The position numbers and the translations under genes were made by a program. Below the pieces are notes generated by a model. It saw nothing but the letters and a program-made list of their open reading frames with translations, was not told the DNA's origin and did no database searches. Positions 18,817-30,577 of a stretch of 64,000 nucleotides of DNA are shown here, piece by piece (position 1 is the stretch's first letter; each line of letters opens with the position of its first letter). Where the stretch lies: the NCBI GenBank assembly GCA_003707115.1, contig PPNB01000013.1, positions 1-64,000 of the forward strand, given 5' to 3'. The stretch is from Tortispora ganteri (taxonomy: Eukaryota).

Positions 18817-19707
18817 CTATATAACTCCACCCTTGACCTTTTCACATGCGACTTGCTCAAATTTTCCATTCATGAACCTCGAGTGTTCCACTATCCAACC
18901 TTGATCCGCCTTCTTGTAATGCACTATATCTTGACTCAAACTGCTCTGATTGCTCTCATTCCGTTTGTGACCATGTAGCTCAGATGTTTGTGGAGAACAA
19001 TACTCTATCTCGTAAGATCTCTCGGATATTGGAGTCATAATGTGAAATGGTTGCGGTGTGTCCAGCTCGGAGCTGTCCAGGTCAAAATCAAAATATTCAG
19101 GAACCGCGTTGATCTCTTCCAGAAGAAAATCCGCTTCTAACGCCTCATCTTCATAATCATTAAAAATACCGGGATCGTTCACATAGATGTCGTCATAATT
19201 GAATACTAGATCTTGCTGTAACTCACCAGGCGGTGATAATGCATTAGAGTCCACTGGAAAGGCATGGTCTTCGATCTCACTACACAGATCTTGCGTTAGG
19301 TCTGGAGTCACCAGTTCTGATACGCTCGAAACCGTCTCATTTTCGCTTTGTGCGCTCTGTGTAAACGAGAATCTACTGCTTGTGCCTGAAGCCGCAGCGG
19401 GTGCAGAAAGATTGCTAGATCGGGAGGGTGTTTCTACAGTCAGTTTGTCGTCAATGCCTAGTATACCTAAACCGACAGGTGGAACACTTCCAGTGCCTTT
19501 GTTTCTTTCAGAAACTGTACCCCATTCGTGAGTACGAGTACCAATAATAGCGCCTGCACACCGTAAATCGTCAGCAGTAGTGGGGCTTAGATTCGGCATG
19601 CTTTGCTTTCGGCGCGGTTTAGAGTGGAAGAGCCAAGAAAACGACGATTTGGATGAGATATCAGCCACACATATCTCGTCGTCTTTCTTTTTAAACATTT
19701 TCATCAT
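18817..19707 (-). CDS. Hypothetical protein, acidic and Ser-rich
   Basis: 296-codon ORF that fills the gap, with TATA-like sequence upstream. No family recognised. Confidence 0.7.
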   Translation of the reverse strand: MMKMFKKKDDEICVADISSKSSFSWLFHSKPRRKQSMPNLSPTTADDLRCAGAIIGTRTHEWGTVSERNKGTGSVPPVGLGILGIDDKLTVETPSRSSNLSAPAAASGTSSRFSFTQSAQSENETVSSVSELVTPDLTQDLCSEIEDHAFPVDSNALSPPGELQQDLVFNYDDIYVNDPGIFNDYEDEALEADFLLEEINAVPEYFDFDLDSSELDTPQPFHIMTPISERSYEIEYCSPQTSELHGHKRNESNQSSLSQDIVHYKKADQGWIVEHSRFMNGKFEQVACEKVKGGVI

Positions 19708-20202
19708 AGCTACAACGTAGACTGCGAGGTCAAAGGCGTAAGTATTGCAGGTAGTATAAATTATATATGCAAGCTGGCAAGGACGGGGTATTTGCCAGTT
19801 ATAATTGCCATGGCAACAATGTAATTAAAGAAATAAATTTACTTATTTGGGAAATACATCTGTAATCGCAGAATTTGTAGTATGCAGTGGATGCTTCGAG
19901 CAGAACCACTAGAGTAGCGATATATGAGAATACTAGAGACATTTTGAGTTATTATCTGGTGTAGGTATTGTTGACAATATATAGACCGTAGAAATATTGG
20001 TGTTTTGTATATTAGGGATGTCGTAGACCACTTGTCGAACCGGTGATACTCTACCACTCACCTCAATACAGCCGACATTGCATTTACATCGTATAATCAC
20101 ACAAATATCGAATACCGTCGCTTTTGTTTATTGTCGTAAGGAGTCGTGTGCGAGTATAAATTACTATGTTGGTGGTTGGTGCAGCAAGTGTAGTAAAACT
20201 TT

Positions 20203-21831
20203 ATGCCACTTTTTGACTCAGACATCGATAGAACAATGACTGGTACGGTGCACGTAGTTGACGTGGAATCTGGCAACCTCGAATCTCTGAAGAATGCTAT
20301 AGAATGGCTTGGTTATAGTGTTAAATGGGTGACGGAACCTAATCAACTAAAAGATGCTGAAAAGCTGATATTTCCTGGTGTAGGTAACTACGGACATTTT
20401 GTAGGGGAGTTCACAGCGAAGGGCTTTAAAGAACCTGTTATTGATTATATTAAGTCAGGAAAACCGTTTATGGGGATCTGTGTAGGTTTACAAGCATTAT
20501 TTACGTCATCTGTTGAATCACCAGGTACTGTAGGCCTGGACTTAATTCACGATTCTCTGTTGCAGTTTGATCCGACTACAAAATCCGTTCCGCAAATCGG
20601 CTGGGCTGCTGCCAAATCCGGCTCGCTATACGGTATCAATAATGGCATGAGATATTACTTCGTACATAGCTACCGCGCGTCGCCTGAGGCTGCGCGAGCG
20701 CAAGGCTGGGAACTGGTGACCGCGCAGTACGGCGATGAAGAGTATATTGCTGCTCTATGCAAAAACAACGTATTTGCCACGCAGTTCCATCCCGAAAAGT
20801 CAGGTAAAGAAGGGATCAAGGTTATTGGTGCGTTCCTCAACGGAACAAAGGATACACAACGTCCCGTAGAAGCTATAGCTCCAGGTCTCGCTAAACGCGT
20901 TATTGCATGTTTGGATGTGCGCACAAATGACCAGGGTGATTTGGTGGTGACTAAAGGCGACCAATATGATGTACGCGAAAAGGGCTCAGAGTCTGGAGTG
21001 CGAAATCTAGGCAAACCTGTCACGCTTGCCAAGAAATACAGCGACGACGGCGCCGATGAGATTACGTTCCTTAATATTACGTCGTTCAGAAACTCTCCAT
21101 TAAAAGACGCTCCGATGTTGGAGGTACTGAGACAGACGGCGAAATCCGTTTTTGTCCCGCTGACAGTAGGAGGCGGTATCCGCGATATAGTGGAACCCGA
21201 CGGCACTGTTCTGTCTGCGCTCACTGTTGCGTCAATGTACTTCCGTTCAGGTGCTGACAAAGTGTCGATTGGATCTGATGCTGTGTTTGCTGCAGAAGAA
21301 TACTACTCCAACGGCAAAATACTATCAGGAAAAACCGCGATAGAGAGCATTTCGCGCGCATTCGGTGCACAGGCCGTGATAGTGTCTGTTGATCCGAAAC
21401 GCGTCTACGTTTGGAAGCCAGATGATACTAAACATCACACAATACACACAGAATTCAAAGGTCCAAACGGAGAGGAGTACTGTTGGTATCAATGCTCAGT
21501 CAAGGGCGGACGAGAGTTCAGGGATCTGGACGTCCAACAGTTAGTGCAGGCGGTCGAAGCAATGGGTGCTGGTGAGATCCTCCTCAACTGTATAGACAAA
21601 GACGGCTCTAACTCTGGATTTGATCTTGAATTGATCCAGGATGTTAAGGAGTCAGTACGAATCCCTGTAATCGCTTCTTCTGGTGCCGGTAACCCTGCAC
21701 ATTTTGTCGAAGTTTTTCAGAAAACAACTACAGATGCTGCTTTAGGTGCTGGAATATTCCACAGAGAAGAATACCGCGTCTCTGACGTAAAAAAGGCACT
21801 CAAAGATGCAAAAATTCCCGTTAGACTATGA
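20203..21831 (+). CDS. HIS7: Imidazole glycerol phosphate synthase (HisHF fusion)
   Basis: PGVG, GICVG, QFHPEKS and [12 protein letters not shown]. The true start may be the second ATG at 20236. Confidence 0.97.
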   Translation: MPLFDSDIDRTMTGTVHVVDVESGNLESLKNAIEWLGYSVKWVTEPNQLKDAEKLIFPGVGNYGHFVGEFTAKGFKEPVIDYIKSGKPFMGICVGLQALFTSSVESPGTVGLDLIHDSLLQFDPTTKSVPQIGWAAAKSGSLYGINNGMRYYFVHSYRASPEAARAQGWELVTAQYGDEEYIAALCKNNVFATQFHPEKSGKEGIKVIGAFLNGTKDTQRPVEAIAPGLAKRVIACLDVRTNDQGDLVVTKGDQYDVREKGSESGVRNLGKPVTLAKKYSDDGADEITFLNITSFRNSPLKDAPMLEVLRQTAKSVFVPLTVGGGIRDIVEPDGTVLSALTVASMYFRSGADKVSIGSDAVFAAEEYYSNGKILSGKTAIESISRAFGAQAVIVSVDPKRVYVWKPDDTKHHTIHTEFKGPNGEEYCWYQCSVKGGREFRDLDVQQLVQAVEAMGAGEILLNCIDKDGSNSGFDLELIQDVKESVRIPVIASSGAGNPAHFVEVFQKTTTDAALGAGIFHREEYRVSDVKKALKDAKIPVRL

Positions 21832-21886
21832 CTTCAATATTAACACACATTTTCCAACTTACTTCCCCACCCCCCGCCACCTTCAC

Positions 21887-22339
21887 ATGCATCTAGTAGT
21901 ACGCGTCTGCAACGGCCAAAAAACAATAGTTCCCAATGTCCGATACATATTTGACGATGATATACCTCTTGCATTACTCTGCCAATCACATGCAGTCGTT
22001 GTAGAGTTGGACGAGTCGCAGCAGAAGATCAAAAACGTGAGCTCTCTTGATCCTTGCTGGCAGATCACATCGGCTTCCTTGCACCCTTCAAGCCCAATGC
22101 CTTGGACTAACGATATAGTACCTATGAATGATTACTACTCACTGACTCTGAATGGTATACCGGTACCTTCTGCTGCTGCGGAAATCTTGGACGCAGCGGC
22201 GTCCCAGTCAATAAATGATTCCCTCGACTCAAGTAACAGCTTGCTACAATCATTAAGTACCTTATCTGCACGCTTACAGGATATAAACACTACAATACAG
22301 AGCTTAAACAACATAGAAGAAACTGATGTTCAATTATAA
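21887..22339 (+). CDS. Small protein, possibly Atg31-like autophagy factor
   Basis: PNVRYIFDDD...VVVELDES..IKNVSSL resembles Atg31 (PTNIKYIFED...IIVQLDES). C-terminal helix. ATG at 21887. Confidence 0.5.
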   Translation: MHLVVRVCNGQKTIVPNVRYIFDDDIPLALLCQSHAVVVELDESQQKIKNVSSLDPCWQITSASLHPSSPMPWTNDIVPMNDYYSLTLNGIPVPSAAAEILDAAASQSINDSLDSSNSLLQSLSTLSARLQDINTTIQSLNNIEETDVQL

Positions 22340-25300
22340 ACATTGCTGACATCGTCAAGTGCACTGCGTGGTCCAAATCTCCTTGACTTACTTGGCCGCT
22401 CTAGTGGCTGCACCTCATACTTTCTCCTTTGCGGAGTCAATCCGCTGGACTCGCTTTCATCCATGACAGTATTCCTCAGGATCTCTTCGATACCGTGAGT
22501 TTGACGTTCTAAAGTACTTCGCAGATCCTCCTGCTGACTAACGTGAGCTTTGGTTTGCTCAGAAAATTCCGCCTCCTCAGCTGACAGTCGTTCATAATGC
22601 GTATCAATAGCGTCTTTGAGCTCATGCACAGTATCACTATCGATAATATTCAAACCTTCCCATTGATTAGTTCTTTCCCTGGCGATGTGTTGCAAGTGTT
22701 CAATCCTTTTTTGTGCCAGAGAGTTTTCTGCCTGGACATTCTTTATCGGATCTTTCAACGCTAGAAGCGAATTGACAGCCAACTTACACCCTGCATTCAA
22801 ATTATCTCTATGCAGACCCGCTATTCCTGAGCACGTATTAGAAAGTTGTTTTTCCAAATGAATTCGCATATCTCGTGCCTGATTTAAGGTGCTCTCCTTG
22901 CCAAGTTCCAGGCCTGCTACAGCCGATTCACAAACATTTGTTGATTCATTGAAACTATTGCAGGTATGTTCCAAGTCGTTTCCAATATTCTTGATTAAGC
23001 CATCTAAGCGTTTCGTATGTGTTGAAGTTAATGTTTCCAATATATTAGCTATTTGAGTCATAGCAGTTTGCCTGTCCATTTCTGCTCGAATGCCTTCGTT
23101 TTGAATCGCATATGCAATATCAACGGAAGCCGTTTCCATAACACTAATAGTTTCCCTGCTCGATGAAATGTACTTTCGTATTTCTTTCATTTCGTCATCT
23201 TGCTTTGTATAATAATTTTCAAGATTTGCAAGCGTTTCTTTCATAATAGATGCCAACTCATCAAAATGTCCATTAACAGTATTTGAGAAGCAAGCATCCA
23301 GGGCAAAGATTTCTTGTTCTATTAATGGAATGGCATCTGAGAGGTCGTCAAATAAAGTTGACAACCTTTCAGCCATTTTTTGGAAAAAAGCATCCAAACC
23401 ATCGACCATATCCAATGTTTTTTCATTAAGACCAGCATCTTTTTCCTTCTGGCTTTCCCAAGCTTCATTAAATGTGGCAATGAACTTTTTCAGTGACGCA
23501 TCTACAAACGCTAGCTTATTTTTTTGTTGTTCAAGGATCCCTGAAAGTTTACCCGGAATTTGTGACGTAAAAGAATTGTTAAGGTCCGTGTAGCGTTTGA
23601 GCGATATCAGGAGCCGTTCATTTAATCCTAAAACTTGTGTCCTGCTTTCCAGCCACATTGCTTTATTATTCGAATTGGCTAAATTTCTTCGTTCCAAGGC
23701 ATCCTGCAAGTGTTCTATATCAACAGACATAGTCTCGATGCACTTTGCCTGTTTCTCAGCAATGGAACCCAGTTCTCCTTCATTATTAGCTTGTGCAAGG
23801 CGCAAGTCTATCTCTTTCTTCAGCTGTGCTTCTAGTTTTTCAATACTGGCTTCCAAATTGCTCACAGTGTGGTTGCATTTTTGATGTTCCTCCAATATTG
23901 TTTGGAGACGCTTTTGTGTATCTGAAAGTTGATCGGAGTTTTCTTGATTATGCTTTCTCGATGAAGCTAGCTGTCCTTCTAAAAGGGTGATTTTCATTTG
24001 TTGTTCTTCGATAGCCTGCGTTTTTCGTTCATTGTCTGATAGAAGCATGTCATAGCTTTGCTGAGATAAATACACGCCATTCTTCTGTCGCGTGGCAGAG
24101 AGATCGCCCTTAAGCTGCTCTATTTCTAGAATAAGTTTCTTGATCAAGGTTTTCTTTGAAAATGAGTGATTCATTTGTGGCTTGTTCTTAATGTCCTTTG
24201 CTCGGCTGGCGTAGTCCAAAGTAGATATTGTTTCTTCCATATTACAGGCCGCAGGACTTATAGTAGCAATTATACACGTTTGAGTGCGGCCACCCAGGGA
24301 GTCTTGGAGAATTCTAGTAAGTTTTGATTCTCTATATGGTACATGGGCGGATTTAGCAACCAGTGCGTTTATCACCCGCCCAAGGGTCAACAGAGACTGG
24401 TTGATCATACCAGCCTCTCTAGCTCGTTTGTTTTCAGCTCCGCTGCTTTTGATGTTTTCAGAGCCAGCCAAGTCGACTATATTAAGTTTGCCTACCCGAA
24501 CGCTTTCCTCAGATGTGTTTATTGGATCCTTCAGAACAACAGTGACAGTAAAAATGGTGTGAGATCGAGAAGAAACGTCATTCATTTTAGTTGCTGCAAC
24601 TTGCCGGCGTTGAGCACCATTCTGCAAAAGCTTTAATCCGTCAACGGCGCTTCTAATATATATTTCCTCAGCACCCTGGATTACTGTGGATTTTTTAGCA
24701 GGGTCATCATACAACCTGAGCTTTTGGTCTGTAGAGTCAGTGAGCAAGTCCTTAAGTTCTTCATTATACAATTCGACGTATGAACACTTCACGAGGTAAT
24801 CTGGGTCATCATCAGAATCGTCCGAGGAAGGAAGCCTGGAAAAGAGATCGAAAAGTGCTCTGGGTGCAATACCAGAGTTATCAGATAAGTACATTTCGTT
24901 GAGATCGCCGGCCATTGTGTGGGTTTTTCCAGTTCCAGTTTGACCATAAGCAAATATGGTACAATTGTATCCAGTGAGAACTTCACCAATCATAGAGCTT
25001 ACAGCGGTATCATAAACTGTCATTTGGTCTGCATCAGCGCCAAATACATTGTCCACCGCATATATTTTATGCGTTGATCCAGTCTGAACTGCTAGTTCTT
25101 TTCCTTGATTCAAGAATTCTCCACTAGTGGTTATTATCACGGGTGACTGTTCTGCTATTTCTTTGCTGTTTCTTCCTCTGCATCGTACGGAAACATGAAT
25201 ATTCGTTGCTTGCAGTCTTTCCTCGATATCTGACATTGAAGATTTCGGACGTGTCCTTACTGGTCGCGAAGATCTGACCGGGGCGCTAGTTCTGCCGATT

Positions 25301-25383
25301 GCTCTCGAGACCCCAACACTGGTTTTGCTGGCGCTAGCACTAGCTGGCCGATGAGAAGACCTAGTAGTACGTGAAGGTGCCAT
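22330..25383 (-). CDS. Kinesin-5 (BimC/Kip1/Cin8 family)
   Basis: AYGQTGTGKT, SSRSH, VDLAGSE, HVPYRESKLT, coiled stalk and BimC box SGLTPQRRKY. ATG at 25383. Confidence 0.95.
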   Translation of the reverse strand: MAPSRTTRSSHRPASASASKTSVGVSRAIGRTSAPVRSSRPVRTRPKSSMSDIEERLQATNIHVSVRCRGRNSKEIAEQSPVIITTSGEFLNQGKELAVQTGSTHKIYAVDNVFGADADQMTVYDTAVSSMIGEVLTGYNCTIFAYGQTGTGKTHTMAGDLNEMYLSDNSGIAPRALFDLFSRLPSSDDSDDDPDYLVKCSYVELYNEELKDLLTDSTDQKLRLYDDPAKKSTVIQGAEEIYIRSAVDGLKLLQNGAQRRQVAATKMNDVSSRSHTIFTVTVVLKDPINTSEESVRVGKLNIVDLAGSENIKSSGAENKRAREAGMINQSLLTLGRVINALVAKSAHVPYRESKLTRILQDSLGGRTQTCIIATISPAACNMEETISTLDYASRAKDIKNKPQMNHSFSKKTLIKKLILEIEQLKGDLSATRQKNGVYLSQQSYDMLLSDNERKTQAIEEQQMKITLLEGQLASSRKHNQENSDQLSDTQKRLQTILEEHQKCNHTVSNLEASIEKLEAQLKKEIDLRLAQANNEGELGSIAEKQAKCIETMSVDIEHLQDALERRNLANSNNKAMWLESRTQVLGLNERLLISLKRYTDLNNSFTSQIPGKLSGILEQQKNKLAFVDASLKKFIATFNEAWESQKEKDAGLNEKTLDMVDGLDAFFQKMAERLSTLFDDLSDAIPLIEQEIFALDACFSNTVNGHFDELASIMKETLANLENYYTKQDDEMKEIRKYISSSRETISVMETASVDIAYAIQNEGIRAEMDRQTAMTQIANILETLTSTHTKRLDGLIKNIGNDLEHTCNSFNESTNVCESAVAGLELGKESTLNQARDMRIHLEKQLSNTCSGIAGLHRDNLNAGCKLAVNSLLALKDPIKNVQAENSLAQKRIEHLQHIARERTNQWEGLNIIDSDTVHELKDAIDTHYERLSAEEAEFSEQTKAHVSQQEDLRSTLERQTHGIEEILRNTVMDESESSGLTPQRRKYEVQPLERPSKSRRFGPRSALDDVSNVYN

Positions 25384-25737
25384 GTATGTGAATTTATTCA
25401 CGCAATATAGAGATTCCTGCTGCGTGACGTCGTGCAATCAATTGTTATTGTGGATAAACAAAACGGGTGTTGTGTGTGTATACTCTCAGTGATACGGTGC
25501 TACTATTGGACCAGAGGTTACCCTACCTTTACTTTTTTTATCCCGTCAAGACGTCAACACATAATGTTGTCTTTTGGCACAATAATTACTGCTAAAAGTT
25601 GTTTTCTGTCCTAATGTTATACGTTTTTGTATGAATACTTTTACTTTCAATGTCGGGCAGTTTTGGAATCTGAGATTACGCGTTTCCGCCCGGCACCTGT
25701 ACAGCTATATCACTAGTCGCGTCGCCAGCGCCGCTCA

Positions 25738-26919
25738 TCAGATCAACTTTTCAATTGGCACTCTTGCAAGCAGGATAGATTCCGCGGTCTGTTGTATCTT
25801 CTTGCAGACGTCCCCAATTGAGTGGTAGTTAGGATCATCTGGGTTGTTGCGTGCCTCAATCTTAGCCGAACAGGCTAGAAAAATACCACTGACACCTTGC
25901 ATAGAGTTGATTCTGTTTTGTAGACTCACGGCTGCGCCCTTACGAAGCTTCACAGTGCGCTTGAACATTTTCGGGTTGCGAAATATTAGTTCAAGGCTAG
26001 CAATTGCCATAACTTGCAAAGTAGCGCAAAACACGAACAATGATTTGTCTTTGATGAGGGTTAAGTACATTAAACAATCTGGTGCGTGTTTTAGCGCATC
26101 ACAAACCATCTCAGAGTTGCAGTTAAGAGCGTTTTGAAGCATATCGCTCTTGGTGAATTCGGAAATGTCATTTTGCTTAGTATGCTTAGTCCATATCTCG
26201 CGAGGCCAAAATACTCTTCCCTCTCGTAGGTCTTCGAGGTAATCTTTAATGATATTGGTCTTCTGCAAAAGCTTACCCATCGAGTCAACAAGAACCGAGT
26301 GATCCCTGATTACAGGATTAATCATTCCGGTATCTAACATGAATTCTGTGAGGTCTATACCGACAACCACAGCAGCCCAGTAGCAGTAATCGTCGTACTG
26401 TGCTACTGTTTTGAATCCGTTACCGTTGAGCTGCTTATCTTGGCAGTATTTGGCCATTCCTTCTCCCATCTTCTTGCAATTGTTTTGAATCAGTATCTGA
26501 TAGGTTCTTTTCAGCTTCTTGTACTCTCTCAAGATACAGTCAAATTCAACCAAAACTAAACGGTGATTTTCTAGCGGCCCGTTTCCGTCAAAGTGATATT
26601 CGTCGCGATCCAAATAAGTGTAGAACTCTTTGAGCATGGGTACCTTCACTTCGTTGGGTATTGTCATATCGTCTTCGATCGTGTCCAAAGCTCGCAACAC
26701 AAGATAAAAAATCATGAAGGGTTTTCGCAATGCTGGGTTCATATCTGCAATGATCCTTGTAAATGACCGCGATGCTAATTTAAGCAACCTATAACATTCT
26801 TGCACGTCTTTTGATTCAGCCTGCAACTTCCAGGAATGTAATTTCTTGTGGTATAGCATGTACCGGATCGCCGCGTGCAGCTCAAGCGGATGCATCATCA
26901 GTTCACCAACAATGTTCAT
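25738..26919 (-). CDS. Squalene-synthase-like paralogue B (393 aa, no C-terminal membrane anchor, altered motifs)
   Basis: SRSF, LRALDTIEDD, QKTNIIKDYLED, FCATLQVMA and VKLRK. Ends at TGA-TGA before the transmembrane helix. Confidence 0.9.
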   Translation of the reverse strand: MNIVGELMMHPLELHAAIRYMLYHKKLHSWKLQAESKDVQECYRLLKLASRSFTRIIADMNPALRKPFMIFYLVLRALDTIEDDMTIPNEVKVPMLKEFYTYLDRDEYHFDGNGPLENHRLVLVEFDCILREYKKLKRTYQILIQNNCKKMGEGMAKYCQDKQLNGNGFKTVAQYDDYCYWAAVVVGIDLTEFMLDTGMINPVIRDHSVLVDSMGKLLQKTNIIKDYLEDLREGRVFWPREIWTKHTKQNDISEFTKSDMLQNALNCNSEMVCDALKHAPDCLMYLTLIKDKSLFVFCATLQVMAIASLELIFRNPKMFKRTVKLRKGAAVSLQNRINSMQGVSGIFLACSAKIEARNNPDDPNYHSIGDVCKKIQQTAESILLARVPIEKLI

Positions 26920-28281
26920 CTTAGATGGATATAAGGCACTAATAGGATTCTTCGAATATCAAATTACAATTGGATGGCAAGTGAATGTACTAACTGGGGT
27001 CAAGAGCGTTTTAAATTGACTAGTCTTATACAGCTACGGTTTAAATTAAAGTTGTCAGATCGTTTGCTTAAAAACCCAGAATGCCGACTAAATTAGAAAT
27101 TAGTGTGAACTAATGACGGCTCGAAACTAGAACCTTTTTTTTTTCCGACGTGGTTATGAAGATTCGTTCATTTATATACCACTTTCATATCATACCGAAT
27201 TACTGCAGAGTGAGATTCGCCAACGAATGATTGATAGTCCTTTCTGCTCGAAATCTGCGAATCACTTGGCAACATATTGTCCTCTTTTGCTAGTAGATAT
27301 ATTCGCTCAATTGGCCTCTATCAAAGCTTATCAAATTGCTTGATAAGGTAATCATGGCACATGGGCTAATCACAGACTACTGCCAATATTTTTCAGAGGC
27401 TTTAACTCTAATCTCCAAGGCATCATTGGCTAGTATGTGTGAAATGCTATAAGCTGCCAACAGTGCCAAGGCTCAGTCAAGAGATACTAAATATCTCCAG
27501 ATCAGTCTAAGGTGTTTATTAAGGCGTGGCAACACTCAAAGTATAATGGCAATGAGTCAATTGATGCAGCAATGTAACGAAGTTTCAGCGGAGCATGTGA
27601 ACCGTTTATTGAATGATGTAATGTGCCTGACCAGTAACATGCATCTAAAGTGACAAAGCGCAGAGAAGAGTATCCCTCTTAACCGACAGGGTGCCTACTG
27701 CTTTTTTGTAGTAGAGAGCGATCGCACTAATGTGCGACTTTAAAGTTTTGTCTTTAGGTAATAACGCAGATTTCCGGTTCGCACTAAATATAAAGTTTAG
27801 CAGCCAACTTACTGGGATAATGTGTGCATCTTTTATCAGTACAGTGTCTTCTAAATGGTTGGAATGCCATGCTTTTTTTCAGTCAGTTGATTCTAGATTT
27901 CGTTCTAGATCACAAATGCCAAATGTGATAAGAGTAGAGTTATGAGGCTCAGATGAGGCATACTTCTTGTTCAATCTAGTTTCTGAATAGATATTTTTTC
28001 TTTTCCTCAGGCCAAAGGTTTGTATATGAGTTACAGAGTATGAACTCCACTATTGGAGCTTGTCCTAAATAGATGTGTGTTGCGATTTCTTTGATATATA
28101 ACCTCAAAAACCTTCAGTCTACATATCTGCTAAATTGAAATGGCGCTAACGATTTACAGTCAAAGGAATAGTCAAGCATACGCCAAATCTTTCAACGTTT
28201 CTGTCATTAAAGTTTTAATTGTAACTCTTGCAAAAAACCTTCTAAGACCTATGCAAGAAGTGGAAAGTTAGCAACTCTTGC

Positions 28282-30399
28282 TCATGATTCAGAAGCGCTG
28301 TCATCGGATACCTTTGAGCTACTAGGAGCTTCGAAAGCATCTGAGGTGACAGTAGTAGGAGCTGATCCAACTAATGTTGGGATGATTCTCTTTTTCTTTC
28401 TTTCGACGTCCTGTTCTTCAGCCGAACGCTTGGCCGGTGCAGTATGTAGAGCACGGGGACTTGGTGGAAATAGTGGGACTTGCGAATACGGGCCATTGGC
28501 CATCACAGACATAGGCAGTCCAAAATGAGGTGTTCCGGGAGGCGAGAGTCCCTGACTAGCTTCTCTCGAATACATGCTCGCTGAAGATATTACTGGAGAA
28601 GGGACACTTGTGATGGTGGGTGTCAGACTGCCAACAGAGTCTGAGTCCTGTAGTGTTAAAGGGGTATTGCTCGGAGCGCCCACAGGTGTAGCCAATGACG
28701 GGATAGGAGAGCATTGAGTAGTGCCCGGTTTTGAAAGGTTTTGTGTGGACATAGCAGGAGGTGGAGGAATAGTAATAGTATCTTCTGAGTAACGCTCGCC
28801 AATTTCTCCTGGTTCGAAAGTCACAGCGGAACAGAATCCGTCATTGGAAGAGATTAGCAGAGTGTTTCCATCAGGCGACCATGTCAAATCAGTAAAAGCA
28901 GCATAGTGAAGGTTGGATATAGAGCACAGAGGAGTTGTCTGCTGAGTATCATATACTAAGACTGAATCTTGTGTAGCGACAGCAAATATAAGTCTATAAG
29001 GGAGGTCAAAAGCCGGGGGAGCCGTGCTTTTGAATTCGCTGTTTTGGTCTGCTGTAGAGGCATATTTCTCCTTCGCTGATTCTGCTGTGGTGGAATCGCG
29101 TTGATTGGTATTTATGGAGGCTTTCTCAGTAGGTAAGATCTCGGATTCGCGAAGCTTGTATAATATAGGGTTGCACTTTACAGCGACTGCAGGTTCTTTG
29201 AAACCTGGTAGATGCGCGACGGGAGGACGATTTAGTCCACTTCTAGTGTAAATGTAAACGGTGTTAGTCACAATATCTTCGGAGTCTTTATCGGAAGCTG
29301 AGTGATAGCGAAACTGTCCTGCTGGAGTGAGAAGCAGGCTTCCATCGACAGTGAAAGTAAGACGCCGAAAGAAGGAGGTCATAGTTTCGCTATGGTATAG
29401 AAACGAACTCTTTTGTTTGTTGACTTCGAGCGGGCGAACGGCGGGAAGCGGAAGCGCTGCCATAGTTGGGGACTGGGATGGCGATCTTTTGACAGAAGAG
29501 GCTGAGCCGAAAGATGAGTGTCGAGAATGAGAGGTTCTGTATGTAGGCGGGTTCATGGTGGAGTTTGGAGTCGACGGGGCAGTAAGCTGTGAAGGGACAG
29601 ATTTCATGGGTACTGAGGATGGCGAAGAAACAGTTTGCGGTATTGAGGGATCTGCAATAGCTTCTGAAGTGGTAGACGAAGAAACCGGGGCAGGGTGTTG
29701 CGGAGAGGCCATTGTGGCTGCTGCGAGTGCCGGGGAGGTTGCGGCAATTTTCTTAAAGGGCAGGTCAGCCTTTGTAATTTTATGATAGGGAGAGAAAGTG
29801 AATTGTCCATCCTTTGACTTGAGGGTGTATATGTGTACGCTTCGGTCGGCGCTCTGAGTCGCTATATACTCGTTGAACGGATCCCAGGCTACACCCTGGA
29901 CGTAGTGATTATGTTCTGCGATTTGGCGGACACACATTCCAGTGACGGCAGAGTATATGCGGGAGACATTGTCCATTGATCCAGCAACAAAATAGAGACT
30001 ATCTGGAGACCATGCTATGTCGTATACTTCTGAAACTGACATCCTGCAGAGGAGCTTTGTCTTCCATGACTCGCGGTCGTCCCATTCGGCACCAAATTCA
30101 CGCGATTGAGTCTCAGAAGGTGCCCAAACGATGACATTTCCGTCGTCGCCGCCTGAGGCGAGCATCTCACCTTTAGGATCAAACCGTACGACATTCACAG
30201 ACTGGGTGTGCTTTGCGAGCGTGGCAAGGTAGGAAATCTCTGGACGGTCTGGACCGCGACGGAGTGACCATAGACGCACGTTGTTGTCACCGCCTGCAGT
30301 TGCGAAGCGGCCCTTGTTGTGCGCACCGGGCTGAAAATGTACAGAATATATCGGCTGGTTATCAGAATGCCAATGAATTGTTAGAGCTTGCGCTTTCAT
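28282..30399 (-). CDS. CAC2: Chromatin assembly factor 1 subunit B (WD40)
   Basis: MKAQALTIHWH start (ATG 30399), ATAGGDNNVRLW, FFRRLTF and C-terminal KKKRIIPTLV B-domain. Confidence 0.93.
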   Translation of the reverse strand: MKAQALTIHWHSDNQPIYSVHFQPGAHNKGRFATAGGDNNVRLWSLRRGPDRPEISYLATLAKHTQSVNVVRFDPKGEMLASGGDDGNVIVWAPSETQSREFGAEWDDRESWKTKLLCRMSVSEVYDIAWSPDSLYFVAGSMDNVSRIYSAVTGMCVRQIAEHNHYVQGVAWDPFNEYIATQSADRSVHIYTLKSKDGQFTFSPYHKITKADLPFKKIAATSPALAAATMASPQHPAPVSSSTTSEAIADPSIPQTVSSPSSVPMKSVPSQLTAPSTPNSTMNPPTYRTSHSRHSSFGSASSVKRSPSQSPTMAALPLPAVRPLEVNKQKSSFLYHSETMTSFFRRLTFTVDGSLLLTPAGQFRYHSASDKDSEDIVTNTVYIYTRSGLNRPPVAHLPGFKEPAVAVKCNPILYKLRESEILPTEKASINTNQRDSTTAESAKEKYASTADQNSEFKSTAPPAFDLPYRLIFAVATQDSVLVYDTQQTTPLCSISNLHYAAFTDLTWSPDGNTLLISSNDGFCSAVTFEPGEIGERYSEDTITIPPPPAMSTQNLSKPGTTQCSPIPSLATPVGAPSNTPLTLQDSDSVGSLTPTITSVPSPVISSASMYSREASQGLSPPGTPHFGLPMSVMANGPYSQVPLFPPSPRALHTAPAKRSAEEQDVERKKKRIIPTLVGSAPTTVTSDAFEAPSSSKVSDDSASES

Positions 30400-30577
30400 A
30401 GTTTTAACGACAAAAGCGGAGGCTGCAAAGAGTGTCAGAGCGTGACCAGGGAAGGGAGGGGGGACCTGGGTCAGCAAAAGGAGAAATATTTAAGGTTTAG
30501 CAGACAGACCCGGTTAACCACACCACACTGCACCTGTTTTTCTTCGTCTTTTCTTTTTACCGTCTTTCTCAATTTAA

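Noticed and set aside
20214..20220. Perfect Gcn4 site TGACTCA at the HIS7 start
   Set aside because: It lies between the two candidate ATGs, only 15 nt from the second, too close to call an upstream activating site.
25738..26919. Calling SQS copy B a pseudogene
   Set aside because: The 393-codon frame is intact, both Asp-rich motifs are retained, and conserved blocks differ from copy A mainly at synonymous sites.
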